This document shows, piece by piece, positions 20,261-29,299 of a stretch of 64,000 bases of DNA. Position numbers and translations under genes: made by a program. The stretch covers positions 47,085 through 111,084 of the forward strand of contig NZ_CANNCF010000005.1 of the NCBI RefSeq assembly GCF_947503045.1, written 5' to 3'. How positions within the stretch are numbered: position 1 is the stretch's first letter; each line of letters starts with the position of its first letter. This DNA comes from an uncultured Tateyamaria sp. Lineage in GTDB: Bacteria; Pseudomonadota; Alphaproteobacteria; Rhodobacterales; Rhodobacteraceae. A model generated the notes under the pieces. The model was not told the DNA's origin and made no database searches. It saw only the letters and a list, made by a program, of their open reading frames with translations.

Positions 20261-20659
20261 TTATTCCTGCGTCTCAGCCATCATGCTTTCATAGGTGATC
20301 ACGGCAAAACGTGCCCCCTGCGGATCGGTTAGTGTCGCCATGCGGCCCACCCCAGGCATATCCATGGGTGGCTGCAGGACGGTGGCACCTTTCTCCGTCG
20401 CCGTGGCGACGCTGCTGTCAACGTCGGCAACGGTGAAAAAGATCGTCCAACTGCCACTATCCTCGGGCATGGGAGAGAACCCGCCAATCGCCGTTTCGCC
20501 CACTGCAACCGCCGAATAGCTGGACCCGTCCTGCATCGGCATGTTGTTGATCGTCCAGCCCAGGACATCTTGATAAAAGGCTTTGGCCTTGTCCTGATCC
20601 GGCCCGGCGTGCCCGATCCAGCCCGCGTTGCCGATTGCCGTCATGTCAAGAATACTCAT
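20261..20659 (-). CDS. VOC/glyoxalase family protein
   Basis: AKAFYQDVLGW, WTIFFTVADVD, GRMATLTDPQGA. Confidence 0.88.
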   Translation of the reverse strand: MSILDMTAIGNAGWIGHAGPDQDKAKAFYQDVLGWTINNMPMQDGSSYSAVAVGETAIGGFSPMPEDSGSWTIFFTVADVDSSVATATEKGATVLQPPMDMPGVGRMATLTDPQGARFAVITYESMMAETQE

Positions 20660-20702
20660 CTGTTGTCTCCCTTGTGTGTGCCCGCACACTGCGGGTCTGA
20701 TA

Positions 20703-20733
20703 CAAGGACGCACGACCGCACCCGATCCCTACA
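20703..20733 (-). promoter_or_regulatory. Putative ECF-type promoter upstream of the VOC gene
   Basis: Minus strand TGTAGG-N17-CGTCcttg; near-identical architecture to the element at 22371-22402. Confidence 0.55.
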
Positions 20734-21964
20734 GGTCGGGCGACTCTTTTTTGCTGAGCGCTATTTTTTCTTCGACGGCTATGCGCTCTGGTGCCGTCGG
20801 ACCGAGAGACAGCGCGGTTTCAAAGGCCGTGATGGCCGCCGGATGATTGCCGGTATCCTGCAAAAGGCCCCCCCGCATGGCATGGAACCAGCGGTACTGT
20901 GCCAACTCGTCAGCCAGTGGCTCCAATGCGGCCAACGCGTATGCCGGGCCTTCAATCTTTGCCTGCGCTGCGATTTGGTTGAGGCGCACGACCGGCGAAG
21001 GTTGCAGTGCATAGAGAGCGGCATAATGCGCCGCGATCATCGACCAATCGGTGTCTTCGGCCGTGCGCGCGCGGGCATGGACCGCTGCAATAGCGGCCTG
21101 AATGATATAGACGCCCCTGTGATTGATCCGCTGGGCTTTTTGCAGCAGTGCGGTTGCTTCGGCGATCTGGGACATATCCCATTGGCTGCGGTCTTGATCG
21201 TCCAGCGCGACCAGCCGACCGTTGGCATCCATGCGGGCATCGCGCCGCGAATGCTGGAACAGAAGCAGCGACAAAAGCGCCACTTGCTCGCCCATGGCAG
21301 GAAACAGATTGGCCAGCAGACGCGCGAGGCGGATCGCCTCTTCGCAGACTGTCAGTTTGATCTGGGTCTCGCCGCCAGAAGCAGACCAACCTTCGTTGAA
21401 CATCAAATAGACCATGAGCGAGACCTCACCCAGCCGCGCGCCTCGCTCTTGGGGGGAGGGCGTTTCAAAGGCGACGGAGCCACTGCCGATCTTCTTTTTG
21501 GCGCGGGTGATCCGTTGTTCCATCGCCTTGGGCTTGATCAAGAAGCCGCGTGCAATTTCCGCGACGCTGAGCCCGGCGACAATCCGTAGTGCGATGGCGA
21601 TCTGATCGCGCCGCTCCAGCTCCGGGTGGCAACAGATGAACAACAGGCGCAGCACATCATCGCGCAGTTCATCAGGGTCGGGTGTGGCCTCTGTCATGGT
21701 TTGAAACTCTGCACTGTGGCGCGCGAGGATGGCATGGTGCCGCTGGGACTTGCGCAGAGTGTCGAGCCCCGCGTTCCGGGCGGTGGTCAGCAACCAGGCC
21801 AGCGGATCACGCGGCGCGCCTGCCTGCGGCCAGACCTTCAGGGCCTTGAGGCAGGCCTCGGCAAAGGCGTCTTCCGCCACGTCGATATCGCGAAAGTAGC
21901 GGGTAAGTGCGGCCAGCGCTTGAGGGCGCTGTTGCGTGAAAGTCGCCGTTAACCAATCCGACAC
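20729..21964 (-). CDS. ECF sigma factor with C-terminal TPR-like extension (ECF42-like)
   Basis: Sigma2 (AEDAFAEA...WLLTTARN), sigma4 (LRLLFICCHP...GLSVAEIA), extension YLMFNEG...DQDRSQW...SPVVRLN; preceded by a DGPF/YciI gene. Confidence 0.88.
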   Translation of the reverse strand: MSDWLTATFTQQRPQALAALTRYFRDIDVAEDAFAEACLKALKVWPQAGAPRDPLAWLLTTARNAGLDTLRKSQRHHAILARHSAEFQTMTEATPDPDELRDDVLRLLFICCHPELERRDQIAIALRIVAGLSVAEIARGFLIKPKAMEQRITRAKKKIGSGSVAFETPSPQERGARLGEVSLMVYLMFNEGWSASGGETQIKLTVCEEAIRLARLLANLFPAMGEQVALLSLLLFQHSRRDARMDANGRLVALDDQDRSQWDMSQIAEATALLQKAQRINHRGVYIIQAAIAAVHARARTAEDTDWSMIAAHYAALYALQPSPVVRLNQIAAQAKIEGPAYALAALEPLADELAQYRWFHAMRGGLLQDTGNHPAAITAFETALSLGPTAPERIAVEEKIALSKKESPDL

Positions 21965-21968
21965 GTCC

Positions 21969-22340
21969 CTATTCCGACGAAATCGTGCCACCCGCCCATG
22001 CCACGGGCCGCACTTCGAGCCGCGCCACCGGGGACGAGATCATTTTGGCATGGGCCAGCGCATCGTCGAGGTTGTCAAATTCCGCTGCGTAGAACCCCAG
22101 AAAACTCTCTTTCGTTTCGGCATAGGGTCCGTCTACGATCAATGGGGGCTGATCCGCGGCGGGGGCGGGTTCAAGCATCACTGCCGAGGTCGGCGGCATC
22201 AGCTTGATCGAGACGAACTCACCCCTTTTTCTCAGCGCCTCTTGCAGCGCACCATGCCCGGCCATCACTTCGTCCTGCCGTTCCTTGGGGAGTGACTCGA
22301 ACAGCCCTGCTTCTCCATAGATCGTAATTGCATAGATCAT
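21969..22340 (-). CDS. YciI/DGPF family protein
   Basis: DGPYAETKESFLGFY...EVRPV. Confidence 0.88.
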   Translation of the reverse strand: MIYAITIYGEAGLFESLPKERQDEVMAGHGALQEALRKRGEFVSIKLMPPTSAVMLEPAPAADQPPLIVDGPYAETKESFLGFYAAEFDNLDDALAHAKMISSPVARLEVRPVAWAGGTISSE

Positions 22341-22370
22341 CGTTTTCTCCGTTGCTGTCATCACATGCTG

Positions 22371-22402
22371 CAAGGACGCGCGAGGCAATGCAATTCCGAC
22401 TA
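22371..22402 (-). promoter_or_regulatory. Putative ECF42 autoregulatory promoter
   Basis: Minus strand AGTCGG-N17-CGTCcttg, about 30 bp upstream of the yciI start. Confidence 0.55.
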
Positions 22403-22523
22403 TGTCCGCGTGGTTTTTTGAACAGTAGCGATCGAAGGCCGCGCATTTGCCCTCCCTTGTCGCAGCGATGGTTATCCTATGAAGGTGGTTTTCAAAAAAA
22501 TGCTGCGCGGCGCACAAATGGCC

Positions 22524-22640
22524 TCAGTCAGGCTAGCCAGCCTCGAGCAGAGCTTCGGCAAGGCGTTCGAAATCGCCTGATTGCCGCCACATGGTTTTGA
22601 ACCCTCGTGCAAGTGTTGCGACGGTGTCGTCCGTTACCCG
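22524..22640 (-). pseudogene. Possible remnant of a TPR/adenylate-cyclase-type protein C-terminus
   Basis: Reads DDTVATLARGFKTMWRQSGDFERLAEALLEAG*PD*, resembling the RLxEGLRKAGLPE tails of such proteins, with a nonsense change. Confidence 0.3.
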
Positions 22641-22706
22641 GATAAGGCAACCACCACTGGCTTGGTGCCTGCGGGTCGCCCGTCTCTGGCGCTGAGGATC
22701 AGCGAT

Positions 22707-23381
22707 TCAGTCGTTTCTTTGCAGACGCGCAACCATCTCGGTGTATCCGCGCGCTTTGGCATGTTGGAGCGGTGTGACGCCCGCGCGGTCCGCAAGTGTT
22801 CGGTCGGCCCCGGCGGAGAGAAGCGCGTCGAGCACGGTCAGATGATCCGGTCCGCCATCGCCCAGCACCACCGCCTCCATGACGGCCGTCCAGTGCAGGT
22901 TGTTGATGTGATCGAGCGGTGCGCCCGCATCGATCAGACGCCGCACAACCTCGACATGACCGAGATGGGCGGCCGCGATAAGGGCGGTGCCATCATAGGG
23001 GCTGGTGACAAGCCCCGGATCATTGCCGAGGTCAATCGCCAGCGACATCAGTTGGGGATCGTCCGCCACAGCGGCAATGGTCACGACATCATAGGCCCGG
23101 TGTTCAAGCGCGTTCATGTCCGCTCCGGCCTCGGCAAGCGCGCGCAACGTTTCATCTTCGGAGGCGAAGGCGGCGACGTGCACCGGGGTGCGGCCACTGG
23201 AGTCGCGGGAATTGACGTCAGCACCTTGCGCGACCAGTTGCTCGATTCCGGCGACGTCGCCCTGATACGCCGCACGGAAGAGACCGTCATAGGCCGCGAT
23301 TTCGCGTGCCGAGGGGGCGGTTTGCGCCCAAAGCGGGGCGGACAGACCAATGAGAAGGGCAATCAAGGGAAGGCGCTGCAT
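22707..23381 (-). CDS. Exported ankyrin-repeat protein
   Basis: Signal peptide MQRLPL...LWAQ; repeats GRTPVHVAA, GTALIAAAHLGHVEVVRRLIDAGA, GVTPLQHA. Confidence 0.9.
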   Translation of the reverse strand: MQRLPLIALLIGLSAPLWAQTAPSAREIAAYDGLFRAAYQGDVAGIEQLVAQGADVNSRDSSGRTPVHVAAFASEDETLRALAEAGADMNALEHRAYDVVTIAAVADDPQLMSLAIDLGNDPGLVTSPYDGTALIAAAHLGHVEVVRRLIDAGAPLDHINNLHWTAVMEAVVLGDGGPDHLTVLDALLSAGADRTLADRAGVTPLQHAKARGYTEMVARLQRND

Positions 23382-23451
23382 GGAAATTACCTTTCTCAAA
23401 AGGGTTCATGAAGGAGGGACCGCGCGCGCATCGCGCGAACCCAGCAATAAC

Positions 23452-23934
23452 TTATTCAGCGCCGATGACGTCCAACCCGACGCGGGCGCAGGCCTCGTCG
23501 AGATGCCCGCCAGGTGCACCTCCGACACCGATACCACCCACCAGGGCGCCGCCGATACGGATCGGCAGGCCACCGCCCTGGATGACCATCCGTGCATCCA
23601 TATAGCGCAATCCGTCATGCTGCGGGTTCTCGCCAATAAACTGCGCAAGACCGGCAGTGTCACGGCCCATCGAGGCCGATGAGAAGGCCTTGCCCTGTGC
23701 GCTGCCAACAGTATGCGGGCCCGAGCCATCAGCCTTCAGGTGCACCTTGGTTGCACCGTCACGGGCGACGATGGCAACGCTTACACTGTAGCCGTCAGCC
23801 GCACAGGCTTCGAGCGCCGCGCTCGCAGCTTCGCTCGCCATGGTGAGTGGCAGATAAGGGCTGGTCGGCAGGTCTTGTGCTGCGGCGGCTATGGGGGCGG
23901 CAAGGACGGCGAGAAGTGCGGTTGTTCTGAGCAT
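23452..23934 (-). CDS. Exported GlcG/HbpS family haem-binding protein
   Basis: Signal peptide; VSVAIVARDG, KAFSSA, QGGGLPI...GGIGVGGA...DEACA. Confidence 0.88.
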   Translation of the reverse strand: MLRTTALLAVLAAPIAAAAQDLPTSPYLPLTMASEAASAALEACAADGYSVSVAIVARDGATKVHLKADGSGPHTVGSAQGKAFSSASMGRDTAGLAQFIGENPQHDGLRYMDARMVIQGGGLPIRIGGALVGGIGVGGAPGGHLDEACARVGLDVIGAE

Positions 23935-24013
23935 GTCGGTTCTCCTTTGCTGGTGATGGGGAGACTTTTACGCCGAGGGCGGGCCCTGACCCATTCGTAG
24001 GTGGATCCGGTGC

Positions 24014-24031
24014 CTCCGTAGAACTACGGAG
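24014..24031. promoter_or_regulatory. Perfect palindrome CTCCGTAG-AA-CTACGGAG, candidate response regulator site
   Basis: Centre 88.5 bp upstream of the hbpS-like start; near copy at 26257-26273. Confidence 0.65.
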
Positions 24032-24632
24032 CGCTCTCGGCCTCGATCCAGAGACGCGTCATCTCTGCGGGGGAGGTGGTTCCGAGCTTGGCCCCGATAG
24101 CGGCGCGATGGCTTTCCACGGTTCGAGGTGAGACATCGAGTGCCACGGCAATGTCTCGGGTCGCGAATCCGCGCGCCACGAGTGATAGAACCTCTCGTTC
24201 GCGCGGCGTCAACCCGGCCATGAGCGCCATGGTTTCTACCCGCTCGGCGTCCGCTTCGGCCGCCCGGCCGAGCACCGCTTGACCCTTTTGAATGGCGTCG
24301 ATGAGGTCCTGTTCGTCGATCGGTTTGGACAGGAAGTCGATGGCGCCATTGCGAAACGCCTTTCGGCAGGCCTCGATATCGCCGTGGCCCGAAATCACCA
24401 CCGTCGGCCAGGACACGCCGCTTGCGGTCAGGCGTTCCTGAAGTTTCAACCCCGAGATCGCAGGCATCCGAATGTCGAGGATGAGACATCCCGGATCGAG
24501 CTTTGGCAGGGCCGACAGGAAGTCCTCGGCGCCGGGAAAGGCCATGACGTCAATCCCCACCGTCGAGAGAAGCAGCGAGAGCGCGTCACGCACCGCCGCA
24601 TCGTCGTCAACGAGGTAAACCGGCGCGGTCAT
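24024..24632 (-). CDS. FixJ/LuxR-type response regulator
   Basis: YLVDDD, LDIRMP, ISGHGD, FLSKP; HTH LTPREREVL...SPRTVESHR. Confidence 0.92.
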   Translation of the reverse strand: MTAPVYLVDDDAAVRDALSLLLSTVGIDVMAFPGAEDFLSALPKLDPGCLILDIRMPAISGLKLQERLTASGVSWPTVVISGHGDIEACRKAFRNGAIDFLSKPIDEQDLIDAIQKGQAVLGRAAEADAERVETMALMAGLTPREREVLSLVARGFATRDIAVALDVSPRTVESHRAAIGAKLGTTSPAEMTRLWIEAESAP

Positions 24633-26176
24633 TCCGCGGCCTCCCGGACAGTGCGGGCGAGCGGCAGGCTGATCAGGAATCGCGCGCCCTCGCGGGTTTC
24701 GACGACGGTCAGGTCACCGCCGGCCCGCTCGACCAGACGATGGCTGAGCGCGAGGCCAAGGCCCGTACCATGTTCCCGCGTTGTCACGAACGGTGTGAAC
24801 AGCCGGCCCCGTATGTCGGGCCGGATGCCAGGGCCGGTGTCACTGACATCGATCACTGCCGTATCGCCGTCCAAAAAGGCCGCCACGCCGACCTTGCGGG
24901 CGCCTGTACTCTCGGCAACCGCATCAAGGGCGTTTCGCATCAGGTTGAACAGGACCTGCTCCAGTTCCACGCGATCACCCTCCACTGATAGCGGCGCTGA
25001 TGGCACCGCCACGTCGAGAAGGGCACCAAGTTCTGCCGCTTGCCCGGCGAGCAAGGTTTCGGCGACGCGGACACATTCTCTCAGGTCGATTGCTTCGGCA
25101 TTTCGCTCTCTGGGCCGGGTCCAGGTGCGAAGGCGCGCCAGAATCTCAGAGGCGCGCCGCGTCTGCCCGACCACGTCATCAAGGACAGCCGCGACGCGCT
25201 CAGTGTCTCCGCGTGCGGCAAGATGCCGGGCCGCCTGCGCCTGTGCCAGAATAGCTGTCAAAGGCTGGGTCAGTTCATGAGCCATTCCGCTTGCCATCTC
25301 GCCGAGCGCGTTCACTCGTGAGGCATGGCTGAGCCGGGTCTCAAGACCACTCAACTCGACCCGCGCTTCGGCGGCGCGCACCTTGGCGCGTTGCCGTCCT
25401 ATCGCGCGCAGCGCAAGGGCACCAAGTGCGATGAGGGCAAGAACAATGGCGACCCGACCGGGAGGCAAAACGTCCGAAACTGTCATGCGGATCGCCGTCT
25501 TCAGTTCAAGTGGTTGGGTGCCGCTCGAAAGCGCGCGGACGAAGTGCGGCGCGGGGCCGTCGCTGTCCACACCGACGAGCAGGGTCTGGTCGGGAAGGGC
25601 CAACCAGCGCGACGCCTCTGCCTGTGTCCAGTAGGCGGAATCTCCATTCAGCAGGGCGGCGGCGTCGATAACGAGGGCGAGCCCGTAGCGTGCCGCGTCG
25701 GAGTTGGGGCTCCGTTTGACGATCAGATAGGCCGGGCGGTCTGACGGATACCGCACAAGGACCGGGGTGCCAGTCGAGCGGTTGACCGCCGCGCGGATCA
25801 CATCCGTGATCTCGGCCTCGTTGATCCCGATCTCCAGCAGGCTGCTTTCTCCATCGAGCGGTACAAGGGAGATCCCGATGATCCGGGGGTAAAACTGCAT
25901 GATCGCGGCCGCGACATCGCGAAAAAGGTCCGGACGCTGCTCCACTCCGGCCACCGCGATGGCCGAGAGAGCCGTCAGGTGTGCATCATGCTGGTCTACG
26001 CGTTGCGACGCGACGGCGTGTAGGCGCTCGCTTTGAGCCGTCAGGTCAGCCAGCCGTGTACTGCGCTCAAAACCGGCGAGCACTGCAAGCGCAAGGCCAC
26101 AGATAAGCGCCCAGGCGATCACCCGTGCCATCGGTCGGCGCATGAATTCTGGGGCTGATCGCATTGTTTCTGCCAC
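24629..26176 (-). CDS. Membrane sensor histidine kinase
   Basis: Two TM segments around a periplasmic domain; LGEMASGMAHELTQPL, QVLFNLMRNA, DTGPG, FVTTREHGTGLGL. Confidence 0.92.
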   Translation of the reverse strand: MAETMRSAPEFMRRPMARVIAWALICGLALAVLAGFERSTRLADLTAQSERLHAVASQRVDQHDAHLTALSAIAVAGVEQRPDLFRDVAAAIMQFYPRIIGISLVPLDGESSLLEIGINEAEITDVIRAAVNRSTGTPVLVRYPSDRPAYLIVKRSPNSDAARYGLALVIDAAALLNGDSAYWTQAEASRWLALPDQTLLVGVDSDGPAPHFVRALSSGTQPLELKTAIRMTVSDVLPPGRVAIVLALIALGALALRAIGRQRAKVRAAEARVELSGLETRLSHASRVNALGEMASGMAHELTQPLTAILAQAQAARHLAARGDTERVAAVLDDVVGQTRRASEILARLRTWTRPRERNAEAIDLRECVRVAETLLAGQAAELGALLDVAVPSAPLSVEGDRVELEQVLFNLMRNALDAVAESTGARKVGVAAFLDGDTAVIDVSDTGPGIRPDIRGRLFTPFVTTREHGTGLGLALSHRLVERAGGDLTVVETREGARFLISLPLARTVREAAE

Positions 26177-26256
26177 GTGGTCGGTTCCGTTACGAGCGAT
26201 GGGGGAAGTGCATCGTTAAGTCAGGTCAAGCATAACCTCTTGGCGTGGTTTTGAAA

Positions 26257-26273
26257 TCCGTAGGACTACAGAG
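26257..26273. promoter_or_regulatory. Second copy of the palindromic site (TCCGTAG-GA-CTACAGAG)
   Basis: 2 mismatches to the 24014 copy; same 88.5-bp distance to the kinase GTG start. Confidence 0.6.
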
Positions 26274-26719
26274 GTCTGTTGGGGTCGTTCTGCGCGCAGT
26301 GGACGTCCGGAATTTAGACTGCGATCGCAGCGTATGAACGCCGTCACAAATGACTGTAGTGGGTTGCTACGCCCGGAAAAGGTTTCTTGGAAAATCGTAG
26401 CTTTTGAAACCTCAAGGCGCCGCTATGTGCATGACGGAGCACTGCGTCAATGTCTTGCGTCATTTCTGCAAAATGGAGAGTTGTCCTGGCACGGGCCGCG
26501 AAGGCCCGAGAAGAACGGCGTCCGAAAACTGTTGAAACAGCGGATCGGCTATTTTGGCAGCATAGTAGAACTGCATTCCTGCGTGGAGATTCTTTGTGAA
26601 GCTGCGCGTTGCGCTGCCAGTGTCTGAGTTGCCATGGCAAGCCAACGCGCAAAACAAACGCTTTTTGCGACGCGAGTGACCGCTCTGGGCAGTGTCAGCA
26701 TATGGTGACGAATTAATGC

Positions 26720-28210
26720 TTACATGGGTCCCATTGCGCTCGTCACCACAAGGAAAATCGTCGCCGACAGCAGAGCCGCCGCAGGCACCGTAATCACCCA
26801 AGCCGCGATGATGGTCATGAAGTGAGAGCGGCGGACCAGTTTCCGTCGCCGCCGCTCTTCAGGCGCGAAAGCCGTCCGATCAGGCATTGCAAGCCTGGCA
26901 TTGCGAATCCTGCGCTCGGCATCCCACTCACGAAAGAAACCGACGCCGAAAACACCGCCCACCGCGATATGTGTTGAACTGACAGGCAAGCCCAACCAAC
27001 TCGCGACGATGACGGTGATCGCGGCTGACAGGGCGACGCAATACGCGCGCATTGGATTGAGTTTGGTGATCTGGCTGCCCACCATGCGGATGAGCTTTGG
27101 GCCGAACAGGAAGAGGCCGAAGGATATCCCGAACGCCCCGATGATCATCACCCAGATGGGAATCTGGACTGCCTCGGTAAAGTTGCCTGATTGCGATGCT
27201 TGGACGATGGCGGCGAGTGGGCCAACGGCATTTGCGACGTCATTGGCACCGTGCGCAAAGCTCAAGAGAGCTGCAGAAACGACGAGCGGGATACCGAACA
27301 GGACCTTGAGCGACTTGTTCCGGTTCTCGAGCCCTTCGGATTGTTTGCGGATGATCGGGATCATCACCACCCAGACCAGAGCACCAATTGCCGCGCCAAT
27401 CAAAAGCGCGGTTGGCAAGTCGATCTTGATGATCTTCTTGAGCCCCTTGAGTGCGAGATAGGCTGCAAACGTACCGGCCATGATGCCGACGAGAACGGGC
27501 ACCCAGGTGCGGGCCGCGGCAATCTTGTCCTCTCGGTAAATGATTCTCGACTTGATCAGGGCAAGAAAGAGCGCCGCGACCGCACCACCCAGAACCGGCG
27601 AAATAACCCAACTGGCCGCGATGGCGCTCATCGTCGGCCAACTGACGGCGGCGAAACCAGCCGCTGCGATGCCCGCACCCATAACGCCGCCAACAACGGA
27701 GTGTGTGGTCGAAACCGGCGCACCGACCCAAGTGGCCAGATTGACCCAAAGCGCTGCTGACAAAAGCGCGGACATCATGGCCCAGATGAAGACTTCGGCG
27801 GTGCCCATGCTTTCTGGTGCAATGATCCCTTTGGCGATCGTGGAAACCACATCCCCGCCAGCGATCAACGCCCCGGCGCTTTCGAAAATGACAGCAATTG
27901 CAATGGCCCCGCCCATCGTGAGCGCATTCGCTCCGACTGCTGGACCCATGTTGTTTGCAACGTCGTTCGCCCCGATGTTCAACGCCATATATGCGCCGAA
28001 ACATGCGGCCACGATCACGATCAGCGAATTGTTCGCCTGCCCGAAAAACAGAGCCGCAGCGAGACCAGCCAAGACCACAAAGACAAGCGATATCCCCGGT
28101 CCCACCAACGGGCGCGACACATAGCTTGTGGCCATCTCAAGGTTTGAAAAACGGTCAAGATCGCGATCCAGCGTCTCAAGATGGCGTGCATCGCCCTGTT
28201 GATCAGTCAT
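26720..28210 (-). CDS. Inorganic phosphate transporter (PiT family)
   Basis: GANDVANNMG, PVSTTHS, a second AHGANDVANAVG, PVSSTH. Confidence 0.93.
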   Translation of the reverse strand: MTDQQGDARHLETLDRDLDRFSNLEMATSYVSRPLVGPGISLVFVVLAGLAAALFFGQANNSLIVIVAACFGAYMALNIGANDVANNMGPAVGANALTMGGAIAIAVIFESAGALIAGGDVVSTIAKGIIAPESMGTAEVFIWAMMSALLSAALWVNLATWVGAPVSTTHSVVGGVMGAGIAAAGFAAVSWPTMSAIAASWVISPVLGGAVAALFLALIKSRIIYREDKIAAARTWVPVLVGIMAGTFAAYLALKGLKKIIKIDLPTALLIGAAIGALVWVVMIPIIRKQSEGLENRNKSLKVLFGIPLVVSAALLSFAHGANDVANAVGPLAAIVQASQSGNFTEAVQIPIWVMIIGAFGISFGLFLFGPKLIRMVGSQITKLNPMRAYCVALSAAITVIVASWLGLPVSSTHIAVGGVFGVGFFREWDAERRIRNARLAMPDRTAFAPEERRRRKLVRRSHFMTIIAAWVITVPAAALLSATIFLVVTSAMGPM

Positions 28211-28497
28211 TCTGCTCCCGCCGGAATTTTCAAAGCGTTTAGCTTGAGGGGATAACAACTATCAATCGGAAGTTTTCGGGCGCCTTGTGCAGCGTGATCG
28301 CGAAACAAGTGCTGAAGTTTGAATTCGCCGATCATCGTGGCTGCGGCTCGGGTCAAAACCCGTTTTCGCTTCAGTGCTTTCAATTTCGGATGACACGCAG
28401 GCAAGGTCCATGATTGATGCGGACTGGACCAGTGTTTCGACATTGACGGCACATCGTATTGCGGGATGTTCTTCCGTCTCCGACGACGCCAAAACGT

Positions 28498-28962
28498 CTA
28501 ACGTGCGGACTTCCAAATTGAAATCGCATCACTCAAATGCCTTGCATGATCAAGGTCCATAAAGATTGGCCAACTCTTGCGGTCGCTCAGGTTGAGTGCC
28601 GCCACGCCCGGGAGAAATGGCACATTGCGTAACTCGACAACTTGGTCCCAGTCATACTGCGTCTTTTCACTCCAGAGCCAGCCAATGGAGACACCATGCT
28701 GATCAAAAGAAACCGGTTTTGTATGTACGATGAACAACACACTCAAAGTGAGCGACACAAACAAGATCAGGATGAGCAGCACAAGAAAATCGCTGGCGGA
28801 AGCTGGATTTGAAGAGGTAAGGAGCGAGACAGTGGCAATCACAACCGCAGCTATCAAGATCAAGCTCAGGTACCACCGGATGCCAACCGTGCCTGCGTTT
28901 CGTTCAATCAGTTCGCGCGCTTCCTGCTGAGAAATCGGGGTTTCTTCATGGTCCTGTTCCAC
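28498..28962 (-). CDS. Hypothetical 2-TM membrane protein (possible PH-like C-terminus)
   Basis: 154 aa, two hydrophobic helices, then a soluble domain; no recognised motif. Confidence 0.55.
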   Translation of the reverse strand: MEQDHEETPISQQEARELIERNAGTVGIRWYLSLILIAAVVIATVSLLTSSNPASASDFLVLLILILFVSLTLSVLFIVHTKPVSFDQHGVSIGWLWSEKTQYDWDQVVELRNVPFLPGVAALNLSDRKSWPIFMDLDHARHLSDAISIWKSAR

Positions 28963-29116
28963 TTCAGGACACTCCGAGCCATAGTGACTTTGTTACGGGC
29001 CAACTGCCTTCCGCTTGCCCTAAACGATTAAAGTGCAATGATTGCATCTGCAAAGCGGAAATTTGCATCAGAAAATACCAAGTCGGCTCTGTCGGCACGC
29101 GTCGGTCCGCGCCCAA

Positions 29117-29210
29117 TGGACGACGATTTCACATAGTTTGTACCGCGGACGGTTGGCTCCAGATTGCGGCTGTCATCGATCTGGTCTCGCGGCGTGTTGT
29201 CGGCTGTTCC
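29117..29210 (+). mobile_element. IS3-family integrase-core (rve) remnant
   Basis: Restoring one deleted base gives [29 protein letters not shown], matching the IS3 DFTY.W.T.EGWLY.A.V.DL.SRR.VGW consensus. Confidence 0.75.
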
Positions 29211-29299
29211 CTTCTTGGCCGCTGGCCGCAACTTCAAAGCGAGCTTTGATCGCCACTACTCAGGCCCAGTTCGAAGTCAGGGCTCTTTTTTTATCCGCC

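Noticed and set aside
26280-26700. About 400 bp of non-coding DNA between the kinase promoter and the pit stop
   Set aside because: No recognisable ORF, repeat or stable structure found.
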